A DNA stretch of 64,000 nt from Candidatus Poribacteria bacterium (GTDB lineage Bacteria > Poribacteria > WGA-4E > PCPOR2b), in assembly GCA_965218095.1 (NCBI GenBank), contig OZ244587.1, forward strand, positions 1,856,001-1,920,000, written 5' to 3'. Below are positions 21,834 through 31,601 of this stretch, piece after piece. The first letter of the stretch is position 1; every line of letters starts with the position of its first letter. Below the pieces are notes generated by a model that was not told the origin of the DNA, did not search any database, and saw nothing but the letters and a program-made list of their open reading frames with translations. Position numbers and translations under genes: made by a program.

Positions 21834-23756
21834 TTAGGCATTCCGAAAATCAAGCATTGCTTGCCGATACGCCTCCGGCACCCCGATATCAAAGCGCCTC
21901 CCTTTGACGAGGTAACCAGAGAACTGATCTTCTTTCCGCAACTTATCCAGACAAGAGGTCAACTGAAACTCGCCGTGCTCGCGAAAATTATGGGTGATGT
22001 TTTCTTCCAGGTAGTCAAAGATCTGCGGCGTCAAAACATACATACCAAACACAGTGAGGAAATGATCTGCGTCCATCCCATCCACATGAAGATGCTGTCG
22101 GGCATACTCTGCATCGGGCTTTTCGTAGAACTCTGTTACTGAAAGGATCGAGTCCGGCTCCTGCCAGGCGCCGGTCACACAACCGAAGTGGTGAAGTTTA
22201 TCTACATGTGTGACCTTCAACCCGACTACGCTATGCCCGACACGATCATAGATATCCAGCAGTTGCCTTGTGCATGAAATCTCATTATCGGACGCATAGA
22301 GGTGGTCTCCCAGCATGAGCAGAAACGGTTCACCATTTACCCATTTTTGCGCACAAAAGACAGCGTGTCCGAATCCATCCTGAACGTCTTGTGTGACAAA
22401 CGAAATGCGACATCCCAAGTTCATCAGGTGCCGGCAATATTCTTGATCTTCCTTCGACAGTTTGTTGAAATTCTCGATTGCCGGCGGCGTCTTGAAGAAC
22501 TCTTCGAAGAGTTCCCGATCCCTGCTTTGCACAACAAGGCAGACCTCTTCAATTCCAGCATTGATTGCTTCTTCGACGATTGCCATAATGACGGGCTTGG
22601 GTCTACCGTCTCGGTCAATGATAGGGAAAAGCTCCTTCTTGATTGCCTTCGATGCGGGAAATAAACGAGTACCAAACCCCGCAGCCGGGATAACCGCTTT
22701 TCGCACACGCCGTCCCGCCTGAATGACCAGCTTTAAGCAAGACATCTTCAGGTCTCGCTCTATGATTTCGATGACCTTCTGCTGGCTCTCCTCATCTTTA
22801 ACGATAAATTGCGCGGAGCCATCTCCCTGCGATCCAACCCCTTTCCCGCCTAATATGTACGGCTGAATCAGCGCGTAGTTGAGGACTTTGTGAAGCACGG
22901 GGGCAGTCAACTGCAACGGACAGGCAGGTTGAAGGTGCGTATCGAATTCCGCCTGTGCCTTTTTCATCAATTCTCCAACGCTGGCTGCATCCCCTTGGTG
23001 CAACGCTTCGTGTGCTTCGTGGGTTATATTCGCACTGATTGGGCCCAGATATTTCTGGACGTTCCTTTGCATCTTGTTCTCAGCAAAGGGATAACAGTGG
23101 TTCAGTTGATTCAGTATCTCCCGCGTATCCTTACCCGCACCCAGATCGACGATAACGAAATGCAGGTCTTTCGGCACGTTGATCTCTTCGACATCGATCC
23201 GGTCCCCGTCAAAGGTCATCATGATAGGGCGACTCCCATACGCGCAGCCTTGATCCATCCGACCACAACGGGAAGGCGTAGTGATCTCGCCGATGTAGGC
23301 ATACTCCATTTCACCACGGACGGTCATTTTCAGGTCATAAACGCGGTTGAACCCGCGCGCAACAAGAACACAGATCGCCGCGCTTGATGAGAGGCCCTTC
23401 TTAACGGGAAGGTCGGTGAGGTAATTATCGATCTCCAGACCATGCACATGGTAGTGCATCAGAATTTGGTAGGCGACACCAGCGGCATAACTGAAAAAGC
23501 CCCCCTTTTCTGCTTCGGCAAGCAGCGTGTCACTTTCCATGGGCAATTCAAATGGTCCCTCGCGTGTGCCGTCACTCAGTGTGGTACGTAAAATCAGCTT
23601 GGTTGGATGAGGCTGCACTTCGGCATAAAGCCCTTGATTGGTGCCGGTGATGATTGTGTACCCTTTTTCTAAATCGGCGTTGGTACGACGATAGCCGCCG
23701 GCCCAATCGCTATGCTCACCAAAGAGACAGATACGTCCGGGCACAAAAATCCTCAT
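21834..23756 (-). CDS. GHMP (galactokinase-like) kinase fused to a GalU-like sugar-1-phosphate nucleotidyltransferase
   Basis: PGRICLFGEHSDW, PVKKGLSSSAA, GSQGDG; then KAVIPAAGFGTRLFPASK, DGFGHAV, EKP, RFDIG. Confidence 0.9.
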   Translation of the reverse strand: MRIFVPGRICLFGEHSDWAGGYRRTNADLEKGYTIITGTNQGLYAEVQPHPTKLILRTTLSDGTREGPFELPMESDTLLAEAEKGGFFSYAAGVAYQILMHYHVHGLEIDNYLTDLPVKKGLSSSAAICVLVARGFNRVYDLKMTVRGEMEYAYIGEITTPSRCGRMDQGCAYGSRPIMMTFDGDRIDVEEINVPKDLHFVIVDLGAGKDTREILNQLNHCYPFAENKMQRNVQKYLGPISANITHEAHEALHQGDAASVGELMKKAQAEFDTHLQPACPLQLTAPVLHKVLNYALIQPYILGGKGVGSQGDGSAQFIVKDEESQQKVIEIIERDLKMSCLKLVIQAGRRVRKAVIPAAGFGTRLFPASKAIKKELFPIIDRDGRPKPVIMAIVEEAINAGIEEVCLVVQSRDRELFEEFFKTPPAIENFNKLSKEDQEYCRHLMNLGCRISFVTQDVQDGFGHAVFCAQKWVNGEPFLLMLGDHLYASDNEISCTRQLLDIYDRVGHSVVGLKVTHVDKLHHFGCVTGAWQEPDSILSVTEFYEKPDAEYARQHLHVDGMDADHFLTVFGMYVLTPQIFDYLEENITHNFREHGEFQLTSCLDKLRKEDQFSGYLVKGRRFDIGVPEAYRQAMLDFRNA

Positions 23757-24001
23757 TATTTTGACTCCAACTTGTGTTATCTTCTCTAGTGTACGATAGG
23801 CTCCCTGACGAGATCTGATTTGAAAGAGATTTGAGAAAATCGATACAATCACGCAGAAATCAGGCTTCTCATGGGGAATTTCTAGAGGCTCTAAAAATCC
23901 GTGTCCTCTCTCAAAGAATATGGTATAACACCGTCATTATACGGATTGGAACACAAAATACAAGAACGAAATCCATGAAAGAAACGAAAGGAGAAAGTAC
24001 C

Positions 24002-24307
24002 ATGGCGAAGGTCGCGCTAGACCAAGTATTGGAGCAAGTGAAGATGTTGATGCTGGATGAGAAGCGTCAGTTGCGGCAAATGTTGGATGATCTATTGGAA
24101 TCATCTCCTCCAGAATCACTTGAGGAAGAGCTCGCACGAAGACTTCAAAAGGCCGGGCTAATTATCACTAGACCTCCCCCTATCACCGATTTCACGCCTT
24201 ATCAAAACCGCAAATTGGTTAAAGTTAAAGGAAAACCGGTGTCCGAGGTTCTCATTGAAGATCGTGATAAATGGCAGCATATTTCTTCGACAGCAGTGCG
24301 CTTGTGA
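24002..24307 (+). CDS. Putative antitoxin of a VapBC-type pair (3' end runs into the toxin)
   Basis: Ends in VKVKGKPVSEVLIEDR, directly upstream of a PIN gene. Confidence 0.6.
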   Translation: MAKVALDQVLEQVKMLMLDEKRQLRQMLDDLLESSPPESLEEELARRLQKAGLIITRPPPITDFTPYQNRKLVKVKGKPVSEVLIEDRDKWQHISSTAVRL

Positions 24308-24620
24308 AACGCTACATAAGTGAGATTGGTTCGGCACGGGTTATGGGCATCACAGGCCCTGCGACGGACAACTCCATCCATATTGTGCGCATTACGGGGG
24401 CAGAAGCGGGTTGGACGGAGTAGCAATATCTCTGTGACCGAAGCAACCAATGCCATTTCGGACTTTCGCCATGATTTCACCAATGGGTATCACATCGTCG
24501 AAGTTTACATCTGGGCTGATTCAGCACGCCATGACCTTAGCCGAGACACATGCCTCATGTGGTTACGATGCTGTGCAGTTAGCCGCGGCTTTGACGGATC
24601 TTATCACCAAAACCTCACCA
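24271..24620 (+). pseudogene. VapC/PIN toxin, disrupted
   Basis: MAAYFFDSSALVKRYISEIGS; later GYDAVQLAA in another frame. Confidence 0.75.
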
Positions 24621-24678
24621 GCATTGTAGATTTTTTTTGTTGTAGACCGGGGCGACGGTGGGAGTGAGGGAGGCAATT

Positions 24679-24797
24679 GTCTGAATCGCGGATTGTTGCA
24701 GATTTATGGATTTCGCGAATTAAGGCTTTCGCCGGTACAGGTTTTAATCCGCGAAATCCGCGAAATCCGCGTTATCCGTTTAATTCGCGATTCTGAT
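24679..24797. repeat. Intergenic palindromic repeat with AATCCGCG units; related half-copy near 28932
   Basis: TCTGAATCGCGGATT ... AATCCGCGAAATCCGCGAAATCCGCG ... AATTCGCGATTC; GTCTGAATCACGGATT at about 28932. Confidence 0.6.
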
Positions 24798-24820
24798 AAG
24801 GGAATACCGACAAACCACCA

Positions 24821-27800
24821 TCAAAACTGGACGCCCGCAAAGAATCCGGGCCAAACACAAATGGTTACATCGACATCGTCCGGTCGGACCACGTGGCCGA
24901 ATCCGTATCCAAAATCCGAAGTGTCCTGTCTATCTGAGACGAGGAGGTTGAGCGAAATCCCACCAAAGACACTAAACCACTTGTGCTGTTCCCAGCCGAC
25001 TGCGAAGCGTAGTTTGTTCAAGAGGCTGTGTTCATCCTCCCACCAGTCATCCCAATCCCAATCATCGGTATAAAGCACCGGGCGAATCGTGGCATCAACG
25101 TTGAGAAAAAGTCGCTTACCGAGTGGAATATGCCCACCCATACCAAACCCCCACGACCATCTGCCCAAATCGCCGTGTGGATAACTGCCGACCACGAACA
25201 GGCTATAAACGTGTCGGCTACCGAGACGAATCCCAAGGTTTGCAACCTCCGTATCGCTACCCCACAATTGCAGGTGCAGTGGATTGTCCCTAACAAAGCT
25301 GATTAATCCGATCGGGATGCCGGACATCCGTCTGGAGACGTTGAGAAGCCCTACCTGCGACGTTCCCACATGTCCAGCGATATTGAGAAGTCCAATCTGT
25401 GTCCCAATCCCACCGGGCGCAATATTGACCATGCTAATCTGTGTGCCGGCAGTCGAGATGCCCGCGTTTTGGTGCCAGCCAAGCGCGATATTGCTGATTA
25501 GGCTGAGTTGCATCCCCTCCAAATGCCCGGTAATGTTACCGCCGACTGCGGTTTGTAGACTTCGACCTTGCACATTCCCTCCGACGAAGTTCAGTCCGCC
25601 GGCTGCCTGCCAGCCGCGAAGGTCGCGGGCGACGAGATTACCCCCGACTGCGGCTTGAACTCCCCGCGCACCTCCACCGACCACATTGCCGCCTCCTACC
25701 ACTTGGAAGCCGTCAAGGTTGCCGCCGCTAACGTTGAGACCCACCGAGGCTTGGAAACCCTCCACGTTTCTGCCGGCGATGTTGGCACCGATTGCGGCTT
25801 GTAGACCGCGACTTAGCACATTCTCTCCGACGAGGTTTAGTCCGTAGGCGATCTGCAAACCCTGAAAGTTGCGCGCTGCAAAATTACCCCCGATAGCGGC
25901 TTGAATGCCTCGCACACTTCCACCGGCAGCATTGACCCCTACTGCCGCTTGAAAGCCATCAAGGTCGCCGCCGATGGCATTGAGACCACCCGAGGCTTGG
26001 AAACCCTCCACGTTTCTGCCGACAGTGTTGAACCCGGTTGAGACTTGAAAACCATCTACATTTCCACCGACGATATTGCCCACCCCAGCAAATTGCGCGC
26101 CCCGCGCTTCAAGGCCCTTCATGTTCAAAACCCCTCCCAATTCGATGCCATCAAGTTTCGTATGATAGCCCGCAATGATGTTGAGGGAAAGGTTCGTTGT
26201 GACATTGCGGTTGAGGGCACGAACTCCGACAGTGCTTATCCACGGAATCAGTGAAATCGTCACAGGCAGATGCAAATCGCTATCTTTTGCGGTTCGCGGC
26301 ACAACACCACCATCCTTCTCTAAAGGGGAGAAGGGTTCTAAGTCGCGGGTGGGTTGAGGTGGAGGAACCTGGGTAATTCGGGGGGGCAATCCCTCATTGT
26401 TGATTACCGGCGGATCAATCCCTTGGTGGTTCAGCAGTGAGATATATTTCCCGTTATAAAAAACACGGGGTGTAATCTGCTGTGGGTAGCGTAGCTCATC
26501 GGACAGGTGGGAATGCCATTCCTCGATGCCGCGTGTCACATAATCCAACAGCCCCAACACCGTGACGGTCCCATCGGGGCTCGCTGCGCCCCGGTCTTGA
26601 TAGTCACCGCTCAACCCTTTGAGCAGGAAGTAGGTGAACAGCCCATGTTTCAGTCGCGGAACTTCAGGCGCCCACTGGTTGCTATCACACGCAGTGAAGA
26701 TGATGTTACTCTCTTCACTATAACGTGACAACGCCGCAACAAAGTGCTCCTTCGGTGCTACCCGACACGCATCGACGATGACAAAACGGTGTTTCGCGTT
26801 TGCGCGATTGAGAATCGCAAACAGATTTTCGAGACTCAGTCCACTGTCCACGAGTGGATCGGTGACATCCATCGGCAGAAAGTAACCTGTTCCATCGACA
26901 TCCTCTCCATGCCCGGAGAGATAAACGGTCAGCAGATCTACCGCTTCAAGCTGAGCGTGTCGTTGGAGCTGCTCAATCACATTCGCCTTCGTCGGCTGAA
27001 TCAGGCTATCGGGTGTCATCAACGTCACATTGACGCCTGCGTCTTGGAACACCTGCGCGACCGCTTTGGCATCATCAGCGGCATACTTGAGCGACTGGAA
27101 GGGGGACGGATAGGCATCCACACCGATAACAACCGCCCAATGTCGCATATTGACACCGCTCGCAGCCCCCAGCTGGAAATTACCACCACCGGCAAGAGCC
27201 AACGCCCGCTGACTCACCTCTATCGTCTGCCCTTTTATCGTCGTGAGGGTTAATGTTTTCTCCTGCTCCACCATCAAGTCGGTAGGGAGAAACGTCTCAT
27301 CGAAGCGGTTTTCTGGGCCCTCAAGGACAGGTTGCCACGCCAGATTCCACTGTTTGTGGTCGTTCTGGACGTGCTGAACGAGTTGTCGGTACGTCAGTTT
27401 GTCGTGCCGTTGCGCCCCAATCGCCTGATTTGCAGGACTTAGCAAGTGGGAGAACATCCGCCGATAGAGGGAATAGGTCATCGCGCTGACAGGTAGATAG
27501 GTTTTGCCAATCGGGATGCGTAGTTCGTGAACGACTTGATTGTAGGCAGCAGCCGCCAGCAGTAGTGCAAAATCAGCGGATTCATCTAAGATGTCCTCCG
27601 TATGGCTTACAGTCTGGGTAGGTTGAACGTTTGCCGTTGGGGTATCCGTCACCGGCGTGCCTTTGGGTCGTCCCAGACGAATCTCTCGGAGTATATCGCC
27701 GGAGTAGCATGTGTCGATAATGCAGGAAACCTCCCGCGTCGGAAGCTCTTGGAGTAAGATGTTGAGTTCATCATCCAGCAGGTACGTCTTTGGCGATGCC

Positions 27801-28225
27801 AGATTTGCGTCCACAGGCAATAGGGCTTCGTCGTTCCTATCCGGATATCGCCCCTTCGCTTCATCGCCCGGAAAAGTTCCGAGTTTGTCAATAATCTGCG
27901 TCCCGTGTCCGCTAAAATAGAAAAGCAGGCTATCAGAAGGGGTCAGGCGTCGGCTGAGTTCTCGAAATTTACGCTGAATCTGCGCCTTATTCGGATTGGT
28001 CAGGATGTGCATCTGCGTCTGTGTGACGCCGTGCGTAGAGAGGACCGCTTCCATCAGCTTCAAGTCGTTTGGCGGAGCGTCAAGCTGCAAGTTTGGATTT
28101 GCATAGTCCCAAACACCCACCAGGATGGCGTGTTGCTCGGCGTGGGCAAACTGTGAAAACATCACGAAAAGACTAAAGACCGGAAGCACCCATCGAATCG
28201 TTGACCCCAAGCTATTTTGAGACAT
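24821..28225 (-). CDS. Exported protein: two peptidase C14 (caspase-like) domains, a GxQ/N repeat stalk (LA_2272-like) and a C-terminal outer-membrane beta-barrel
   Basis: Signal peptide ending AHA; FSGHG...IIDTCYSG and LSGHG...IVDACR dyads; about 16-aa GxQxxxGxN repeats; amphipathic strands ending GFFAGVQF. Confidence 0.88.
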   Translation of the reverse strand: MSQNSLGSTIRWVLPVFSLFVMFSQFAHAEQHAILVGVWDYANPNLQLDAPPNDLKLMEAVLSTHGVTQTQMHILTNPNKAQIQRKFRELSRRLTPSDSLLFYFSGHGTQIIDKLGTFPGDEAKGRYPDRNDEALLPVDANLASPKTYLLDDELNILLQELPTREVSCIIDTCYSGDILREIRLGRPKGTPVTDTPTANVQPTQTVSHTEDILDESADFALLLAAAAYNQVVHELRIPIGKTYLPVSAMTYSLYRRMFSHLLSPANQAIGAQRHDKLTYRQLVQHVQNDHKQWNLAWQPVLEGPENRFDETFLPTDLMVEQEKTLTLTTIKGQTIEVSQRALALAGGGNFQLGAASGVNMRHWAVVIGVDAYPSPFQSLKYAADDAKAVAQVFQDAGVNVTLMTPDSLIQPTKANVIEQLQRHAQLEAVDLLTVYLSGHGEDVDGTGYFLPMDVTDPLVDSGLSLENLFAILNRANAKHRFVIVDACRVAPKEHFVAALSRYSEESNIIFTACDSNQWAPEVPRLKHGLFTYFLLKGLSGDYQDRGAASPDGTVTVLGLLDYVTRGIEEWHSHLSDELRYPQQITPRVFYNGKYISLLNHQGIDPPVINNEGLPPRITQVPPPQPTRDLEPFSPLEKDGGVVPRTAKDSDLHLPVTISLIPWISTVGVRALNRNVTTNLSLNIIAGYHTKLDGIELGGVLNMKGLEARGAQFAGVGNIVGGNVDGFQVSTGFNTVGRNVEGFQASGGLNAIGGDLDGFQAAVGVNAAGGSVRGIQAAIGGNFAARNFQGLQIAYGLNLVGENVLSRGLQAAIGANIAGRNVEGFQASVGLNVSGGNLDGFQVVGGGNVVGGGARGVQAAVGGNLVARDLRGWQAAGGLNFVGGNVQGRSLQTAVGGNITGHLEGMQLSLISNIALGWHQNAGISTAGTQISMVNIAPGGIGTQIGLLNIAGHVGTSQVGLLNVSRRMSGIPIGLISFVRDNPLHLQLWGSDTEVANLGIRLGSRHVYSLFVVGSYPHGDLGRWSWGFGMGGHIPLGKRLFLNVDATIRPVLYTDDWDWDDWWEDEHSLLNKLRFAVGWEQHKWFSVFGGISLNLLVSDRQDTSDFGYGFGHVVRPDDVDVTICVWPGFFAGVQF

Positions 28226-28889
28226 TGTGCGCTCCTTTCGTAAAATTTTCCAGCAGTTCTAAAAAACGCCGCTGCTCGAGCGATAGCTTCTCCGCCAAGG
28301 CGTCGCGCTCAACGGTGGTAAGCGAACCCAATTTGAGTCGAGATTGGTAGAGTTCGACCAGTTTGACGTGCATCGCGAGGTCTTCGGGATGCATCTTCAA
28401 AAACGTTTCAACCGCTTCGATTGAGGCGGCGAGTTGTCCTGCGTTCGTTGGTTCGGGCACAATGAGAAACTCCAACATCCCCTCCGCTGAGAGGGGCGGG
28501 GGCCCCGTATTTTCACCGCCCTTTCGTGCGCCCCACTCTATCGACAGATTGAGCGGGGAGAAAATCGACACAGCGAACATCAAAATCACCACCGCGCCTG
28601 CCGCCGAAGGCACCCACAACGGTATCCGCATTCCAAACCACTTCCGGATGCGCGTCCAAAATGACGGTTGCTCAAGTGGCGGCACCTGTGGTGCTTTCAT
28701 CGGAAAGTGTCCAGCTCGGACGGCTGCCCCGAGGTCGTGCAGCGATTTTTCTGTCTCTTGCAAAATTGTATGTCTCCGCTCGCATGCTTCACATTTGAGA
28801 AGATGGGCGCGGATGGGTTTCGATGCGCGAGCGGACAAATCTTTATCAATGTAGTGGAGCAGTTTTTTCTGCACACGACTGCATTTCAT
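28212..28889 (-). CDS. Zinc-binding (zf-HC2/ZAS) transmembrane anti-sigma factor
   Basis: MKC...HLLKCEAC (HxxxCxxC), one TM helix, helical C-terminal domain; stop overlaps the caspase gene start. Confidence 0.85.
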   Translation of the reverse strand: MKCSRVQKKLLHYIDKDLSARASKPIRAHLLKCEACERRHTILQETEKSLHDLGAAVRAGHFPMKAPQVPPLEQPSFWTRIRKWFGMRIPLWVPSAAGAVVILMFAVSIFSPLNLSIEWGARKGGENTGPPPLSAEGMLEFLIVPEPTNAGQLAASIEAVETFLKMHPEDLAMHVKLVELYQSRLKLGSLTTVERDALAEKLSLEQRRFLELLENFTKGAHNVSK

Positions 28890-29211
28890 CGGTGTTCAAC
28901 CTCCTTTTATGATGGGCTGTGGGCTATTGTTGTCTGAATCACGGATTAAACAGATGACGCAGATGACACGGATTAAGAACCAACTCTATCGGGTGGTAGG
29001 ACGCGCTGTGTACCCCTTATGGAAGCGCATAGAAGCCGCGGGGGCTGTGTCGCCGTTTTCAAAAACCTGATTTTCCATGAGAAAGAGGCACCCCCGGAAT
29101 AATGAGCACCCCTCAAATCGATAAATCCTTTGCGCCTTTGCGTCCCCCGAAATCGGGATTAAGAAACTCGCGCCCTTGCGTTGAATGCTTGAATTTATGA
29201 TTGAAAATTGC

Positions 29212-31527
29212 TTAAAACGTCATCGTCACACCGAGATAGGGAAAGAACGGCAATTGATGGAATGCCTCCTTTTCGATGGACGCATTGGAGTTCAACTCGC
29301 GGGTGTACTCGCGTCGGTAGGAAAACTCAAGGACGTTCTTGTGGTTATAGACGTTGAACAATTCGAGGAAAACCCCCATCTGCCAACAGTTGAAGATGAA
29401 CGACTTTTTGATGCGGATGTCGAGCCGATGAAACGGGGGCACGCGCAACGAATTGACCTCGCCCAAGATGGGGACATTAGAAACCACTATCACCTCACCG
29501 TATATCGCATCCGTTTTCTGCACCTTACGCTCCTCGAAGTCGATCGTGGGCGTGTACGGATTCCCTGTCGAATAGCGCCATTTTACACCGATCTCCCATG
29601 TGGGCGACAGATTGTAACTTCCCACGAGTGTTGCCACATGCGTCTGATCGAAAGAGTAAAGGTGCATGGGGGCGTCGGGATGTTCGCGCCGCCGCGAGCG
29701 TGAATAGGCGTAACTGAGAAAGCCGAAGAACCGCTTGCCTTGACGATGCCGCAGAAGAACCTCCGCCCCCCGTGCAAACCCTTCGCCCTGATTGAGATAT
29801 TTCGACACGTTATCCGTCATGATGATTTTGTCAAGGTCTTTGTAATAGCCCGCGAATTTCAAGTGGATTGATGGCGAAATCTTCCGCTCGACTTCGAGAA
29901 CGTAGTGCGTAGCAGTACTCGATTTGACATTGGGGTTACCGATGTCGGGCAAAATGTACCGCGGTTGTGGTCCCTGATTGTATTGTCCATACAAGAGGCG
30001 AATTTCTGACCTGTCTGACACCTGAAATTGGAGACTTGCCCGTGGGCCGACCGATAGCTCGTCCGTGGAGTTCAAATAGGTGGGCCGAACCCCAAACGCG
30101 GCGGAGACGAAAGGAACGGGAGTGTATCGGGCTTGCAGATAACTTTCGAGATGCGTAAAACGTCGCGACAAGTCCAGTTTTTCCAACTTATCTTCATCTA
30201 ATTCAACACCTGCAAAGAACGAGAAATCTTCGTCAAACCTGTCAGGGTCGGAGAGGAGACTCGATACGCTCCTGACCCCGCTTGAAAAGAGGACGCCTGA
30301 CTCTAGTTGATACCTCGAATTCAATTTGTAAATCAAGTCCTCACGAAGTTGATACGTCGGCTGGTCGTCTTGAAAGAAAAAATAAGTTGCATCATCCACA
30401 CCGTGTGCGACTCGGGAGAGGTTATAAGACCGGGAGAGTGTCAAATTTGAGGTGAGTCGATCGGTGAGATGGGAGCGAAGATGAATCCCCTGAGCATTGA
30501 ACCCGTTCTTATAAGAATAGTACTCAAGTTCAGCACCTTCCTCAAACTCCGCTTCAATATTGAAGAAGTCGCTCGTGGCAAACGCATTGAAGGTTAGCTG
30601 ATGCTTCTCGCCCAGGTCATAGCTGAACTGCGCCTGATAGTCCCAAAAACGCGGGAATGCCGTATTCGGGCCCAGTTCCTCATCCGCATCCAGATTAATC
30701 AACAACGGCAGCAACAGGTCAAGATAACTCCGCCGCCCTGCAACATACCACGCGCCACGAGCCCCGATTGGCCCTTCCACCATCCCCTCGGAATAGAGCA
30801 TGTTGATATTGAACTTGCCCGCGACTCGCTCCTGATTGCCATGCCGCGAGTGGATGTCAATAACCGCCTGTGCATCCGAGCCAAATTCCGCACCGAACCC
30901 ACCGGCGTAGACGTCTATCCGCTTGATAACCTCGGTACTGATGGTGGAGACGATTCCGAAGAAATGGTATGGATAGCCTATCGGTAAGCGGTCGAAATAA
31001 AAAACGTTATCTTCCGGGGCACCGCCGCGAATGTAAAGCGAACCGTCGAAATCGTTGGCAACAATGACCCCCGGCAACGATGGCAATGCCCGCAACGCAT
31101 CGCCCGCTGTCCCTGGCATCCGCTTGATTTCAAGGCTTTGCAGACTCTCCTGACTCACTGTCGCCGGAAATCGCTCTGCCGTCACAGGCACTTCCTGCAA
31201 CAAAAGAATTCGTTCAAGGTAGATTTCGACTTCCGTGACTTCTCCCGGCTTGACGGTGGCGGTCGTCTGGTCTGCCAAGCGATAGCCTTCTGCTGAAATG
31301 CTGAACGTATACTCACCCGGCCGCAGGTTTTCAAACCGAAATTTGCCTGCCAAATTTGTCACTGTCTCTTGATTGACCTCCCGCAAGCGAACCTGCGCCG
31401 AAGTGATATGGTCACGGCTGCCTTGCCTGTAAACCGTTCCGAAAACCTCGCCCGTTTCACCTGCGAACGAAACAGGAATGACGGACAGATACAAACTTAT
31501 CGTCAATATCAACATGCGGTGTTTCAC
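29212..31527 (-). CDS. TonB-dependent receptor with N-terminal carboxypeptidase-regulatory-like domain
   Basis: Signal peptide, GEVFGTV..GKFRFENLRPGEY, plug LPGV...LYIRGG...IKRIDVYAGGF, NVYN, terminal F. Confidence 0.92.
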   Translation of the reverse strand: MKHRMLILTISLYLSVIPVSFAGETGEVFGTVYRQGSRDHITSAQVRLREVNQETVTNLAGKFRFENLRPGEYTFSISAEGYRLADQTTATVKPGEVTEVEIYLERILLLQEVPVTAERFPATVSQESLQSLEIKRMPGTAGDALRALPSLPGVIVANDFDGSLYIRGGAPEDNVFYFDRLPIGYPYHFFGIVSTISTEVIKRIDVYAGGFGAEFGSDAQAVIDIHSRHGNQERVAGKFNINMLYSEGMVEGPIGARGAWYVAGRRSYLDLLLPLLINLDADEELGPNTAFPRFWDYQAQFSYDLGEKHQLTFNAFATSDFFNIEAEFEEGAELEYYSYKNGFNAQGIHLRSHLTDRLTSNLTLSRSYNLSRVAHGVDDATYFFFQDDQPTYQLREDLIYKLNSRYQLESGVLFSSGVRSVSSLLSDPDRFDEDFSFFAGVELDEDKLEKLDLSRRFTHLESYLQARYTPVPFVSAAFGVRPTYLNSTDELSVGPRASLQFQVSDRSEIRLLYGQYNQGPQPRYILPDIGNPNVKSSTATHYVLEVERKISPSIHLKFAGYYKDLDKIIMTDNVSKYLNQGEGFARGAEVLLRHRQGKRFFGFLSYAYSRSRRREHPDAPMHLYSFDQTHVATLVGSYNLSPTWEIGVKWRYSTGNPYTPTIDFEERKVQKTDAIYGEVIVVSNVPILGEVNSLRVPPFHRLDIRIKKSFIFNCWQMGVFLELFNVYNHKNVLEFSYRREYTRELNSNASIEKEAFHQLPFFPYLGVTMTF

Positions 31528-31557
31528 TGTTGTGTCTCGCTATCTATTTCTCCTTTT

Positions 31558-31591
31558 AGAAACCGAGTTTTTTGCCAAAAACTCGGTTTCT
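31558..31591. repeat. Short intergenic palindrome (REP-like)
   Basis: AGAAACCGAGTTTTT-TGCC-AAAAACTCGGTTTCT. Confidence 0.6.
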
Positions 31592-31601
31592 GCGATATGT
31601 A

